DNA of 64,000 nt from Armatimonadota bacterium (GCA_035528905.1 DATKXU010000109.1:7279-71278), one strand, 5' to 3'; positions 49,114 to 58,631 are shown, counted from the stretch's first letter. Translations and numbers: made by a program. The notes: generated by a model not told the origin, from the letters alone.

Positions 49114-49136
49114 TTAGGTGAAGCGAGGTAGCATCC

Positions 49137-49889
49137 GTGCAGACAACACCAGTAAACCACAACTCCCTGGAAAGCGCCATCCGTAAAAGTGCCAGTTTTG
49201 ATGCTGACTTCTGGCTACGGGTGGAGAAGAGGGGTGCGGACGAATGTTGGCCCTGGCTCGGTAGGTGCTCTCCCAGCGGTTATGGTCGTGCGCGGTGGCT
49301 TGCCAAGAGCGAATATGCCCACAGGGTAGCATACCGCCTTGCCGTGGGTCCGATTGCTGACGATCTCTTTGTTATACATTCCTGCGACAATCCGCCCTGC
49401 TGTAATCCACTTCATTTGAGGTTAGCGACGGCTGGCGAGAACATGCGGGACCGTGACCGCAAGGGCCGGAGCAGGTACGGACCGAACGCACCACGGCTCA
49501 AGCTATCCCTAACCGAAGTTGTACGCCTCCGGGCAGAGGAGGCCAAACGCCGAGAGGCGACCCGCCGTAGAGCCTTGCGTAGACTGATGAACCGACGACT
49601 CGCCGAGTTCACGAGGATCGCTGAACCGCTGGTGGCGGATGGCGCATCGCTGGTAGCCATTGCCCACGCTGCAGATGTGAGCGTCAAGACAGCGACCAAG
49701 TTCTGTCGCTTGGGTGGGCTGGCTTATGACAAAAAGCGCCGCATGCCCCTATCCACAGGTGAATTTATAAGTTTTGTCAAAAACCGGCGGATGATAGGTT
49801 TGAGGATTCTGGATATGGCACGTGAGTTGGGTGTCTCCAAGTACATGGTGAGGAAATACATGAAGTTGGCCGGTATCCCTAGTGGCTAG
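49137..49889 (+). CDS. HNH endonuclease with a C-terminal HTH region
   Basis: CWPWLG...GYGR...AHRVAY...VIHSCDNPPCCNPLHL..ATAGENMRD (HNH_3 type). The C-terminus ILDMARELGVSKYMVRKYMK is HTH-like. Confidence 0.8.
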   Translation: MQTTPVNHNSLESAIRKSASFDADFWLRVEKRGADECWPWLGRCSPSGYGRARWLAKSEYAHRVAYRLAVGPIADDLFVIHSCDNPPCCNPLHLRLATAGENMRDRDRKGRSRYGPNAPRLKLSLTEVVRLRAEEAKRREATRRRALRRLMNRRLAEFTRIAEPLVADGASLVAIAHAADVSVKTATKFCRLGGLAYDKKRRMPLSTGEFISFVKNRRMIGLRILDMARELGVSKYMVRKYMKLAGIPSG

Positions 49890-50003
49890 TAAGAGATACT
49901 GATCTGCCGGCTGGCGGAGCGGGTGCGGGAGATCGAGGAGGAGGGGTAGGACGGATAAGACCCTACTTCGCTCGGAAGCTACGTAGGGCATGGAGGCGGC
50001 GAA

Positions 50004-50393
50004 ATGGCGTTGAGGATGTACCAGGGAGAGTGCGAGCAGCGGCGTTATACTCGGAAGCCGGTTGCCAGCATCACGAAGGCCGGCAAGATACGCTTGAACG
50101 CGGCGATTGTGAGGGCGCTACCGAGCCTGCGGCGAGTGACCATGTACGCAGACACGGACGCCAATCCGCCGAAGCTCGTGCTGAAATTAGTTCGGGACGA
50201 CGAAAAGCCCAAGCTCAGCCGGCGGCTCCACGAAGTAGGAAAGACGGGTTTGGAGTTGGGCGCGCTGGGGTTTCTGAGATGGTGCGGCGTGGATCACGGC
50301 CACGGCACGAGGAAGTACCCGGCGCACTATGACGAGGCGACGCGGCAGATCGTGATCACCTTGGAGCCGGGGAAAGGAGCACGGGAGCCGTGA
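50004..50393 (+). CDS. phage hypothetical protein
   Basis: 129-aa ORF, 5 nt after GGAGGCGG. Stop overlaps the next start. Confidence 0.55.
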   Translation: MALRMYQGECEQRRYTRKPVASITKAGKIRLNAAIVRALPSLRRVTMYADTDANPPKLVLKLVRDDEKPKLSRRLHEVGKTGLELGALGFLRWCGVDHGHGTRKYPAHYDEATRQIVITLEPGKGAREP

Positions 50394-50836
50394 TTAATTT
50401 CACGCATCTGAAGCAGATAATGGAAGCCGGTGACTGTTTGTGGTACGCAGCGGAGAGACTAGTTTGCGTGGACAAGGCTCTACTGCTCCAGTTGCCTGAG
50501 GCGGATTACAAGCGACTGGTTGAGTGGCACGTTGAGATCGTCGGCGAGCACCAGGACGCACACGATATGGTTCGCCGGGTCTGGGAGCGGAACAAGAACC
50601 GGAAAGGTGTTCAGGCGGAAACGCGCAGCAGGGTCCATAAGCAATACCTACGGCTGTCTGCGCCTGGCATTCTCGCGTACGTAGGCCAATACTACGCGCA
50701 GGTATTCGAGCGATTTGACGAACTGCCACTATGGATCACGGGCGAGAGAGAGCCGGTGCAGATAACGGACAAGGCGGACAAGTTGGTCGGCCTGTTGATG
50801 GTATGTGATCTTCGCAAGATAGAAAAACTAGCCTGA
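50390..50836 (+). CDS. phage hypothetical protein
   Basis: 148-aa ORF. GTGA overlap with the upstream gene. Confidence 0.55.
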   Translation: MINFTHLKQIMEAGDCLWYAAERLVCVDKALLLQLPEADYKRLVEWHVEIVGEHQDAHDMVRRVWERNKNRKGVQAETRSRVHKQYLRLSAPGILAYVGQYYAQVFERFDELPLWITGEREPVQITDKADKLVGLLMVCDLRKIEKLA

Positions 50837-50853
50837 CAAGACGAGGAAAGGGA

Positions 50854-51315
50854 ATGGAAGTGGAGATACAAATCGAGTGCAAGATGCTGTATTTTCTGGC
50901 GGGGGCGCAGGAATGCGTTCTCGACTTCGAGATCGAGGACGAGGAGAAGCGGCCCCAGCTTCTCAGGATACTGGCTCCGCTGCAAGGAAAGTACGTCCCG
51001 ATATGCGTGAGGGCGAGCGGTTCCGATGGGGATCGGATATTCCTCGGGACGAAGTTATCCGCAGCGGCTCCGGTGGGAGACAGCATCCTGCAGGTGAGCT
51101 TTACACTCCCCGGCAACAAAGCCGGGCCAGGTACGCTGGTCCGGAGGGAAACGATCGGGCGAGCGGCGGCGATCGCGGGGCTCGATGTGAAGCTCTGTAT
51201 GCAGTGTCCGGAGATTGGGACCACGCTAAGACAAGGAAAGGGGATGGAAGCAGATGGGAAGGAAGAAAGCAGGGAAGCAGTCAGCGGACAGCGCTCAGCG
51301 GACAGCAGAGAGTAG
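50854..51315 (+). CDS. phage hypothetical protein
   Basis: 153-aa ORF after GAGGAAAGGG. The 3' end reads into the heptamer array and overlaps the ParB-like start, so the true end is uncertain. Confidence 0.5.
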   Translation: MEVEIQIECKMLYFLAGAQECVLDFEIEDEEKRPQLLRILAPLQGKYVPICVRASGSDGDRIFLGTKLSAAAPVGDSILQVSFTLPGNKAGPGTLVRRETIGRAAAIAGLDVKLCMQCPEIGTTLRQGKGMEADGKEESREAVSGQRSADSRE

Positions 51316-53227
51316 TCAGCAGCCAGCAGACAGCAGCCAGCAGTCAGCAGCCAGCTACGCGGAGATTCCGATCGGGAAGATCGTAGTTAGCGGGGACAAT
51401 CCCAGGAAGCATTTCGACGAGGAGAAGCTGCTGGAACTGGCGGAGAGCATCCGGGCGCACGGGGTGATCGAGCCGATCGTTGTAAGGCCGGTGAGGTTGT
51501 CGGCTGGCGACCGGTTTCAATCCGACGGTCAGGAATACGTGGTGGACGCTCCTGGGGGCGCTGAGGTCCCGAACATCACCTACAAGAGGGAGAAGGCTCT
51601 ACAGCCCGCCTGGGAGACTCACGAGGTATTCGCAGAGAAGCACAGCTTTGACTTGAAAGGCGGGGGTCTATACCGCTACCACCTTATCGTCGGAGAGCGG
51701 CGGCTACGGGCCGCGGTGATCGCCGGGTTGACCTCGGTGCCGGCAATCGTGAAGGAATGCGACGACAGGAAGTCTAGCGAGCTAAGGCTCATCGAGAACT
51801 TGCAGCGGCAGGACCTGGATGTGGTCGAGGAAGCGACGGGCTACCAGGCGTTGATCGCCCTGGGGTACAGCCAGTCGGAGATCGGGGCGAAGGTTGGGCG
51901 AGCACAGCCGACGATTGCGAACAGCATCCGGCTGCTGAAACTGCCGGAGGACGTCAAGGAACGGGTAAGCACTGGCGAGATCTCCGGCAGCCACGGGCGC
52001 GCGCTGGTGCCGTACGCGGAGATCAACCCGGCGGCGGCGTCGGTGTTGGCGTCCGCCGCAGCGGACCACCGCCAATTGACGTCGAAGCAACTGGAACAGA
52101 TGGACTACTCTGTGGCCTGCATGCTCGGAGAGAACCTCTGCGTCCAGATGCGGACGTATGACGCGCCGTTCGTCGAGAAGACGTGTCAGGGCAAATGTGA
52201 TTGCTACAGAAAGGGCGACTGGTGCCTCAAGCCTGAGTGTTACAAGGCTAAGCTGGCCGTTGCCGAGCAGGCTCACCGGAAGCGCGTCGAGGCACTGATC
52301 GCGAAGGCGACGGGTGAGGGAGTGGAGGTGGTCGACCTGTCCAAGCTCAGAAGCGAGAACTACGAAACGCTGCGCGAGGGCCATGTCCCGGACGGCTGCC
52401 GCGAGGATTGCGAACACCGGCGGTTGGGTTCACATCAAAAGGGCGGCGAGCCTTTCTCGGTTTGCGTCAACATGCACTGCTATCGGAAGCTACGGAAGGC
52501 CACGATCAAGGCCAAGAACGCCGCTCGGAAGCAAGAACTGGACCAGCTCCTGAGCCGGTGCATCGAGGGCCTGGACGCGCACCAGAGGTTCGACCGCCTG
52601 GAGGCGGTGGTATGCTGGGAGGCGATTCGAGCGGCGAACAAGGACGTCGTCAAGGCGGCGATCGCCCGGCTCGACCTGCCGCTCGACGTGGAGCTGCTCA
52701 AGGGATTCGGCAAGTTGACGGAGAAGCTGGACGCCCTGCGCTCGCTGCCGGGCACGACCGCGATGTACCTTGCGGCTGAGATTCTTCTGCGCGGGGAGCA
52801 CAAGCAGGCGCTCCCGTCGGGGGAGTATTGCGCCGGAGCGACTCCGGTAGGGATGCAGTGGTATCTCGAGATCGAGGAGACTTCCGGCTCGGCTGAAGGC
52901 GCGGCGGAGGAAGAGACTGTCGAGCAGGCGGCCGAGCCGGCGTCCGAAGACGGCGCTGTTTTCGTCGTTTGCGTGGCCTGCGGGTCGGAACTCCGCCTAG
53001 CCGAGGATTCTGAGAAGGCGGAGGTTGGGGACCCATTCGGGACCGCGTATTGCGCCAACGAGGAGTGCGAGACCCCGGTCATGGTGCCGATCGGGGCGAC
53101 AGTTCAGATCCCAGGGGAACGGTGGACATGGACGGAGATCGGCTGGCAGGGGGTACTGGGCCTCGAAGCCGAACCGCCGATAGACGCCGATGGGAGTGGA
53201 GAAGAGAGCGATGTCGCCGGCGACTAG
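51254..53227 (+). CDS. ParB/Srx-like nuclease-domain protein with a Cys-rich C-terminal extension
   Basis: IPIGKIVVSGDNPRKHFDEEKLLELAESIRAHGVIEPIVVRP and HLIVGERRLRAAVIAGLTSVPAIV are ParB N-terminal boxes. An HTH-like GRAQPTIANSIRLLKL follows, then several CxxC clusters downstream. Confidence 0.8.
   Translation: MGRKKAGKQSADSAQRTAESSQQPADSSQQSAASYAEIPIGKIVVSGDNPRKHFDEEKLLELAESIRAHGVIEPIVVRPVRLSAGDRFQSDGQEYVVDAPGGAEVPNITYKREKALQPAWETHEVFAEKHSFDLKGGGLYRYHLIVGERRLRAAVIAGLTSVPAIVKECDDRKSSELRLIENLQRQDLDVVEEATGYQALIALGYSQSEIGAKVGRAQPTIANSIRLLKLPEDVKERVSTGEISGSHGRALVPYAEINPAAASVLASAAADHRQLTSKQLEQMDYSVACMLGENLCVQMRTYDAPFVEKTCQGKCDCYRKGDWCLKPECYKAKLAVAEQAHRKRVEALIAKATGEGVEVVDLSKLRSENYETLREGHVPDGCREDCEHRRLGSHQKGGEPFSVCVNMHCYRKLRKATIKAKNAARKQELDQLLSRCIEGLDAHQRFDRLEAVVCWEAIRAANKDVVKAAIARLDLPLDVELLKGFGKLTEKLDALRSLPGTTAMYLAAEILLRGEHKQALPSGEYCAGATPVGMQWYLEIEETSGSAEGAAEEETVEQAAEPASEDGAVFVVCVACGSELRLAEDSEKAEVGDPFGTAYCANEECETPVMVPIGATVQIPGERWTWTEIGWQGVLGLEAEPPIDADGSGEESDVAGD
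51278..51354. repeat. heptanucleotide tandem array, 11 units (NNNNCAG), inside coding sequence
   Basis: CAGTCAG CGGACAG CGCTCAG CGGACAG CAGAGAG TAGTCAG CAGCCAG CAGACAG CAGCCAG CAGTCAG CAGCCAG. Confidence 0.9.
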
Positions 53228-53283
53228 GGACTTCATCATCTGCTGGCTGCAGAGGATGGCAGAGCGGCAAGGAGGTGAGCCTG

Positions 53284-53382
53284 ATGCTGTGGCTAATAGG
53301 GGCGATCCTCGTGCTGGCGATTGTCATAGTGATCGTTCGCTGGCACGAGAAGGACCTGCCCGGCGGCGGCAGGCCGTGGTGA
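53284..53382 (+). CDS. possible 32-aa single-TM peptide
   Basis: ATG 5 nt after GGAGGTGA. MLWLIGAILVLAIVIVIVRW... Below the 60-aa cutoff of the track. Confidence 0.35.
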   Translation: MLWLIGAILVLAIVIVIVRWHEKDLPGGGRPW

Positions 53383-53398
53383 GAGAAGGCATGGCGAA

Positions 53399-53692
53399 AT
53401 GAGACTGAACGTTCCGTATGAGTGGCACCAAGACGTGTACGTTGTGGTCTATATGGACGCTATCTGCCCGGCGTGTGAAAGTGTACTTCCGACTAAGGGC
53501 GCCTTTGTGGCCAAAGCCGCCGAGCTTGTAGCCTATGAGGTCAGAGAAGACGGATTGCACCAGGTCGGCACCAAGTACCTGGACGTTATTGGCGATATTC
53601 TTTGGAGTGACGCGTGCCTGGTATTCGCAACCATGGCAGCAGCCGAAGTGGTAGCGGACCGTTTGAACAAACCGAAGAGGAGATGGCCATGA
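53399..53692 (+). CDS. phage hypothetical protein
   Basis: 97-aa ORF. CPACE motif. Co-directional and tightly packed. Confidence 0.5.
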   Translation: MRLNVPYEWHQDVYVVVYMDAICPACESVLPTKGAFVAKAAELVAYEVREDGLHQVGTKYLDVIGDILWSDACLVFATMAAAEVVADRLNKPKRRWP

Positions 53693-53823
53693 TGGAGATG
53701 CGGTTGTGTATTGACTTTGCGGCGCTCCGGCGCTGGTGGGCGGAGGACGGGCGGGAAATCCTTTGCGGGGCAGGTATCCTCGCCATCCTGTTCGTCGTGG
53801 GAGTGCTTGAGGGGAGGGGCTGA
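53689..53823 (+). CDS. possible 44-aa membrane peptide
   Basis: ATGA overlap with the previous stop. Hydrophobic stretch ILCGAGILAILFVVGVL. Confidence 0.35.
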   Translation: MMEMRLCIDFAALRRWWAEDGREILCGAGILAILFVVGVLEGRG

Positions 53824-53829
53824 GTCAGG

Positions 53830-54069
53830 ATGGCAAAAGGTGAAATCGTACGTATAGAGATTGACGTACCGGGCGAGGGCGTGGAAGCTCACGAGTACGA
53901 GCACTGTCCCTTGAGGAGCGTTCATCAGGATACCTGCCGCGTGAGGACGATAAGGTGCCGGTACGGACTGACCGACCCAAGTCCCCCGGTAGGTTGCCCT
54001 ATCAGGCGCGGCACCGTTGTAATGAAGTTTTGCCTTTGCAAGGAGATCAGCTTCGATGAGGAAGTCTGA
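53830..54069 (+). CDS. phage hypothetical protein
   Basis: 79-aa ORF, Cys-rich, co-directional. Confidence 0.45.
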   Translation: MAKGEIVRIEIDVPGEGVEAHEYEHCPLRSVHQDTCRVRTIRCRYGLTDPSPPVGCPIRRGTVVMKFCLCKEISFDEEV

Positions 54070-54133
54070 GCCGGGCAAGTGACTTTGAGGGCAGGTGAGG
54101 GAACTAAAGCTGAAACAGAAAGGAGGTGATATT

Positions 54134-54481
54134 GTGCAGGAGACAAGGAAACCGGGAATTGCGGAGCGGCCGGCGGAGACATTCACCGAGGAGATGCGGT
54201 CTATCCTTGAGCGGTTGGATAAGGCTATCGAGGGGACGCTTGGGAACCAAGAAAGCGTTTTGCACGCTTCGGTAGCGCTCAGTGGTGTGCTCGGGATGCC
54301 ACCTATGGAGGTTGGGCCAGTGCCAGCCGTTGAGGAGCCAGGGTTCAGTTGCCAGGGTCCAATGGGTGAAATCCTCGCGAGGGCTGACCAGATGGTTCAG
54401 CGGCTGGTGGCGATCAATTGCGTGGCCAATACCTACATCCGGGAAATCGCGAACTCGACAGCGCGGATCCACCGGGAGTAA
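54134..54481 (+). CDS. phage hypothetical protein
   Basis: GTG at 54134, 4 nt after AAAGGAGGTGA. The ORF is listed from 54095. Confidence 0.5.
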   Translation: MQETRKPGIAERPAETFTEEMRSILERLDKAIEGTLGNQESVLHASVALSGVLGMPPMEVGPVPAVEEPGFSCQGPMGEILARADQMVQRLVAINCVANTYIREIANSTARIHRE

Positions 54482-54503
54482 TTTACGAGAGGATGGGCTG
54501 CGA

Positions 54504-54743
54504 ATGACGAAGGAACTGGCAGAGACGCTGGATCGTGTCTTCGTCTCACCCAATTGTCAAGACGCCAACGGCGAAGACGCCAATGTCGTTGATGGATTGT
54601 ATGCGATAGCAAGCGCGATCCGTTCGCTGGCAAGTGCTATCCGCGAACTGGGCCTAGCGGATGCGGGTACGAGTATGGGTGCTATCGAGGTGTTGGCGGG
54701 CGCGGTAAAGGAAGTGGCCGATGCGGTTAGCACGCGAGACTGA
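54504..54743 (+). CDS. phage hypothetical protein
   Basis: The internal ATG of the listed 54282 ORF avoids overlap with the previous gene. Sequence MTKELAETLDRVFVSP... Confidence 0.5.
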   Translation: MTKELAETLDRVFVSPNCQDANGEDANVVDGLYAIASAIRSLASAIRELGLADAGTSMGAIEVLAGAVKEVADAVSTRD

Positions 54744-54784
54744 TGTCCGGCCCGCGGCCCGTTTGGGAGGAAGGAGGTGATCGC

Positions 54785-54877
54785 GTGGAGGAACAGGCAG
54801 GCGCACCGGAGGAGTCCGGGGACGAGAAGCCCGAGGGCGAAGGGACACCTGAGCCGGGTGAAGGCTCGGAGGAGTAG
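54785..54877 (+). CDS. possible 30-aa highly acidic peptide
   Basis: GTG 5 nt after AAGGAGGTGA. VEEQAGAPEESGDEKPEGEGTPEPGEGSEE. Not in the track (below 60 aa). Confidence 0.3.
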   Translation: MEEQAGAPEESGDEKPEGEGTPEPGEGSEE

Positions 54878-55029
54878 GGCTCTCTGAGGAAACGACGCCG
54901 GCGGCTCAGGAGCCTACGTCGCTGAACGGCGTATTAGCCTAGGCGGCGGAACGGGCCGCCGGCACCTACCGGGGAAGCAACCGAGAGCAGCCAGCGCTCA
55001 GTGGGAGATTGCGAGAGGAGGTGCATTAC

Positions 55030-55359
55030 ATGAAGCAAAGCGATCCCGGATGTTTCGACAAAGCGCCCGAGGACAAGCTGACCGTGGACGAACTCGCGCA
55101 GGCTCTATACGAAGGCACTCCACACGTACAGAACCTTGCCGAGAAGCTGGCCAGACAACATGGCCAGGCGGGGGCCCTGACGTTCTATCAGCTCATGGGT
55201 GCGGAGGTACAGGCGTTCTGGCAGCACATCGCTCAAGAGGTGATAGATCATGCTAGGGAGTGGCTACCGAACGACGGATGCTGCTGCATGCTTTCGGAGA
55301 GAGAAGTCGAGCGCCTGAAGCAGTTGCCCACGTACAAGCCAGATAACAACGAGATCTAG
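55030..55359 (+). CDS. phage hypothetical protein
   Basis: ATG at 55030, 8 nt after GAGGAGG. 109 aa. Confidence 0.55.
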   Translation: MKQSDPGCFDKAPEDKLTVDELAQALYEGTPHVQNLAEKLARQHGQAGALTFYQLMGAEVQAFWQHIAQEVIDHAREWLPNDGCCCMLSEREVERLKQLPTYKPDNNEI

Positions 55360-55387
55360 TCACAAAATCTCATTCCATTGGCGCGGT

Positions 55388-58255
55388 ATGGATGTCAAAG
55401 ACTTTGTAGAGACTATACGCGAGCGGGCACAGATCGTTGATTTGGCCGGGAAAGTTACGCAACTTTCGGCGGGGGGTCGGCCTACCGGTCTGTGCCCGTT
55501 TCACAAAGAGGACGGACCCAGCTTCACCCTATATCCCGAAGAGAACAGATGGAAATGCTACGGGTGCGGGCGAGGCGGGTCCGTCTTCGATTTTGTGATG
55601 CAGGCAGAGGGCGTGGAGTTCTGGGAGGCGGCGATCCGGCTGGCCGGGCGGTACGGGATCGCGATACCGGAGTTCACGAAGAAGGATCAGCAGGCGGCGG
55701 CGCGGGAGCAGGCGGTCCGGGCATTCCTCGCGGAATACGTGGCGCGGTCGCACGAGCTGCTATGGAAGAAGCCGGAGGCCCTGGCATACCTCGCGGACCG
55801 CGGGATCACGGAGGATTCGATCAGAGAATATCAGATCGGCTACGGGATCGCGATCAAGGACGCCCAACTCCGCAAGAAGGCGGTGGTGGCGGGGCTGATC
55901 AAGCGGGTGGACGGTCAGGAATACGAGCTGCAGATGGGTCGGCTCATATTCCCGGTTGTTCACCACGGCAAGGTCCTGCAGATGTGCGGACGGACGCTGC
56001 GAGAGGCAAAGCCGAAGTACATCAGCCTGGCCAACGCGGGATACACGCCGATCGTGCCGATGGGAATGCACAGGCTCCGCGGGCGGCAGTGCGTGCTGGT
56101 CGAGGGCGCTATTGACCGCATCCTCCTGGAGCAGGCCGGCATCCCCGCCTGCTCGACAATCTCCGCAAGCTTCTCCCGCGACTGGCTGCGCTGGCTCGGC
56201 AAGGACACGAGGTTCGTGCTGGCATACGACGCCGACGCCAACCAGGCCGGCCAGGCGGCGAGCGACAAGATCGGGCGGCTGCTGTTTGAGGCAGGGCATG
56301 CCGTCGAGGTCCTGGAGCTCCCAGAGCCGCACGACCCTGCTTCCTACGTCCAAGAGAACGGCGCCGAGTCCTTCCGGAGCCTGATGGCGCAGGCACTGCC
56401 GTATATCAGCTACTGGATCCGCCGGCAGCCGGCGAAGGCGGGAATCGAGGAGCAGCAGCGCATTCTCCGGCAGGGGTATGAGCTGATTGCTTGTGTGGAT
56501 CGGGGGGTTCGCGGGCCGTTCGTCAACGAGCTGGCCAAAAGGTACGATCTGATCAGAGGGGATGTGAGAGACGGCCTGAGTCAGTATCTGCGCGACAGCA
56601 GTAAGGAGAAAGACGGACGCGGGCAGGGACTTCCGCTGGCGCTGCCAGAGGATGTGGACAACGGGCTGCCCGTGATAATGGCCGACTGCGGTGACTTGGT
56701 CGTGACCACGGCAGAAAGTTGGGATGCGATTCGCCTGGCGAACCAACCGCCCCAATATTTCAGGCAGGGACGTTCCTGCCTGCGGCTCGAACCGGACGAC
56801 AACGGGGCGCTCGTGCCCGTTCGGCTCAATCTGGACCTGATGAGGCACACGCTCGTGCGAGTGTCAAATTGGCGGATAGAAAAGACATCAAAAGGAGGGT
56901 TTGGTTACATGCTTAAAAGTTCACCAAGCGACAAGCAAGTCCGTGATGCGCTGGCGATCCCGGATATCCCTCTCCCTGTGCTGACGAGGATCACCGAGGT
57001 GCCGGTGTTTGCGCCGGACGGGACGCTGCAGACCGATCCGGGCTATCACGCAGCATCGAGGACATTCTACCAGCCCGCGGTCGGGGTCGAGATCCTGGAG
57101 ATTCCGCAGGAGATCACCGACGGCCACATTCAGGCCGCGGTGGATGTATTCGGAGATATCGTCTGCGAGTTCCCGTTCAAGGATGTGGCGGACCGGGCTC
57201 ATGCGTTCTGCCTCTGGCTGCTGCCGTTCGTCCGCGATATGATCCCCGGGCCGACGCCGCTCCACCTGATCGAGGCGCCTGAGCCAGGATCGGGCAAGAC
57301 CTTGCTGATGGACGTGTTGATGATGCCATCGGTCGGCCGGCACATCGGCACTGTGACCCAGACAACGGATGAGGACGAGTGGCGCAAGAGGCTGACGGCG
57401 GTCTTCCAGAAAGCGCAGCCCGTCGTCATGATTGACAACGTCACTAAGAGTCTGGATTCCGCTGCCCTCAGCTCGGCGCTGGCAGGGATAGTCTGGGAGG
57501 AGCGAATTCTAGGGAAGATCGAGAGTCTGGACGTGCCGATCCGCTGCGTCTGGGTGGCGACGGCGAACAACCCTACCATGTCCACGGAGATCGCCAGGAA
57601 AACGATCCGCATCAGGATTGACCCCCAAGTTGATCGTCCCTGGCTGCGTGAGGGATTTAAACACCGGGACCTGAGGTCGTACACGCTCGACAACCGGGCG
57701 ACTCTGGTATGGGCGGCGCTGCTGATCTGTAAGGCCTGGGTGGACAGGGGGATGGCGGAGTATCAGGGCAGGCCCTTGGGCAGTTATGAGCATTGGAGTC
57801 GGGTTCTCGGGGGGATATGCGAGACGGCAGGAATACCCGGATTCCTGGACAATCTGACGGAGTTTTATGAGATCGCGGATATAGAGGGCGGCCTGTGGCG
57901 GGCGTTCGTCGAGATTTGGTACGAGAGACACCGCGATCGGCCGGTCGGCGTGTCGGAGCTCTTCGACACGGCGGTCGAGAGCGAGCTGTGGAGCTTCGGC
58001 AAGGGCTCGGAGAGGTCGCAGCGGATCATATTCGGGAAGATGGTCGGGAGACAGCGGGATCGTGTGATCGGGGATTTCCGGATCGTCCAGGCGGGCGAGC
58101 GGCAGCGGGCGAAACAATGGGCGCTCCAGTCCACGAAGGATGCGTCGGAGAGGGAGCAGGTTGAGGGTGAGGACGTGTTAGGGGCGCCTTCGGATGAGGA
58201 TCAGGAGGTGCTCGACATTCCGATCGGGGAGGAGTCAGATGCAGGCTCTGATTGA
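55388..58255 (+). CDS. DNA primase (CHC2 zinc finger + Toprim) fused to a P-loop NTPase/helicase region
   Basis: CPFHKEDGPSFTLY...WKCYGCGRGGSVFDFV (CHC2), VLVEGAIDRILLEQ (Toprim) and EAPEPGSGKTLLMD (Walker A) further downstream. Confidence 0.85.
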   Translation: MDVKDFVETIRERAQIVDLAGKVTQLSAGGRPTGLCPFHKEDGPSFTLYPEENRWKCYGCGRGGSVFDFVMQAEGVEFWEAAIRLAGRYGIAIPEFTKKDQQAAAREQAVRAFLAEYVARSHELLWKKPEALAYLADRGITEDSIREYQIGYGIAIKDAQLRKKAVVAGLIKRVDGQEYELQMGRLIFPVVHHGKVLQMCGRTLREAKPKYISLANAGYTPIVPMGMHRLRGRQCVLVEGAIDRILLEQAGIPACSTISASFSRDWLRWLGKDTRFVLAYDADANQAGQAASDKIGRLLFEAGHAVEVLELPEPHDPASYVQENGAESFRSLMAQALPYISYWIRRQPAKAGIEEQQRILRQGYELIACVDRGVRGPFVNELAKRYDLIRGDVRDGLSQYLRDSSKEKDGRGQGLPLALPEDVDNGLPVIMADCGDLVVTTAESWDAIRLANQPPQYFRQGRSCLRLEPDDNGALVPVRLNLDLMRHTLVRVSNWRIEKTSKGGFGYMLKSSPSDKQVRDALAIPDIPLPVLTRITEVPVFAPDGTLQTDPGYHAASRTFYQPAVGVEILEIPQEITDGHIQAAVDVFGDIVCEFPFKDVADRAHAFCLWLLPFVRDMIPGPTPLHLIEAPEPGSGKTLLMDVLMMPSVGRHIGTVTQTTDEDEWRKRLTAVFQKAQPVVMIDNVTKSLDSAALSSALAGIVWEERILGKIESLDVPIRCVWVATANNPTMSTEIARKTIRIRIDPQVDRPWLREGFKHRDLRSYTLDNRATLVWAALLICKAWVDRGMAEYQGRPLGSYEHWSRVLGGICETAGIPGFLDNLTEFYEIADIEGGLWRAFVEIWYERHRDRPVGVSELFDTAVESELWSFGKGSERSQRIIFGKMVGRQRDRVIGDFRIVQAGERQRAKQWALQSTKDASEREQVEGEDVLGAPSDEDQEVLDIPIGEESDAGSD

Positions 58256-58631
58256 GCGGTTGAAGGCTCAGGGAATTAGGTTGGAATTACAGGGGGGATC
58301 GCTGCGGGTGCATGCGGCTGTGGGCGCTCTGACGCCGGAGATCCGGGAGCTGCTGCGGACGCACAGCGCGCAGTTGGCCAGGGAGTTGAACGATTCGGAC
58401 GGGGCGGAGGGCGAGGGGTTGACGGTCGAGGGATTGGTTGATTTGATCCGGGGGCAACTAGAGGGCCGCCCCCTGCCGATTGCGATTAGGCCAGGCGAGA
58501 GCATTGTGGGGGTCGAGGTTTATGTGCGGAGCGAGGCTCGGACGTTCTTGAGGGGCTGTCCATTGGCTGTCGGTGCGGTGAGGGGCAGGTTGCAATGTTT
58601 GGGTATTGCTGGGAGGGCATTGGAGGGCTGA
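58239..58631 (+). CDS. phage hypothetical protein
   Basis: ATG 4 nt after GGGGAGGAG. MQALIERLKAQGIRLELQGGSLRVHA... Overlaps the primase 3' end by 17 nt. Confidence 0.55.
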   Translation: MQALIERLKAQGIRLELQGGSLRVHAAVGALTPEIRELLRTHSAQLARELNDSDGAEGEGLTVEGLVDLIRGQLEGRPLPIAIRPGESIVGVEVYVRSEARTFLRGCPLAVGAVRGRLQCLGIAGRALEG

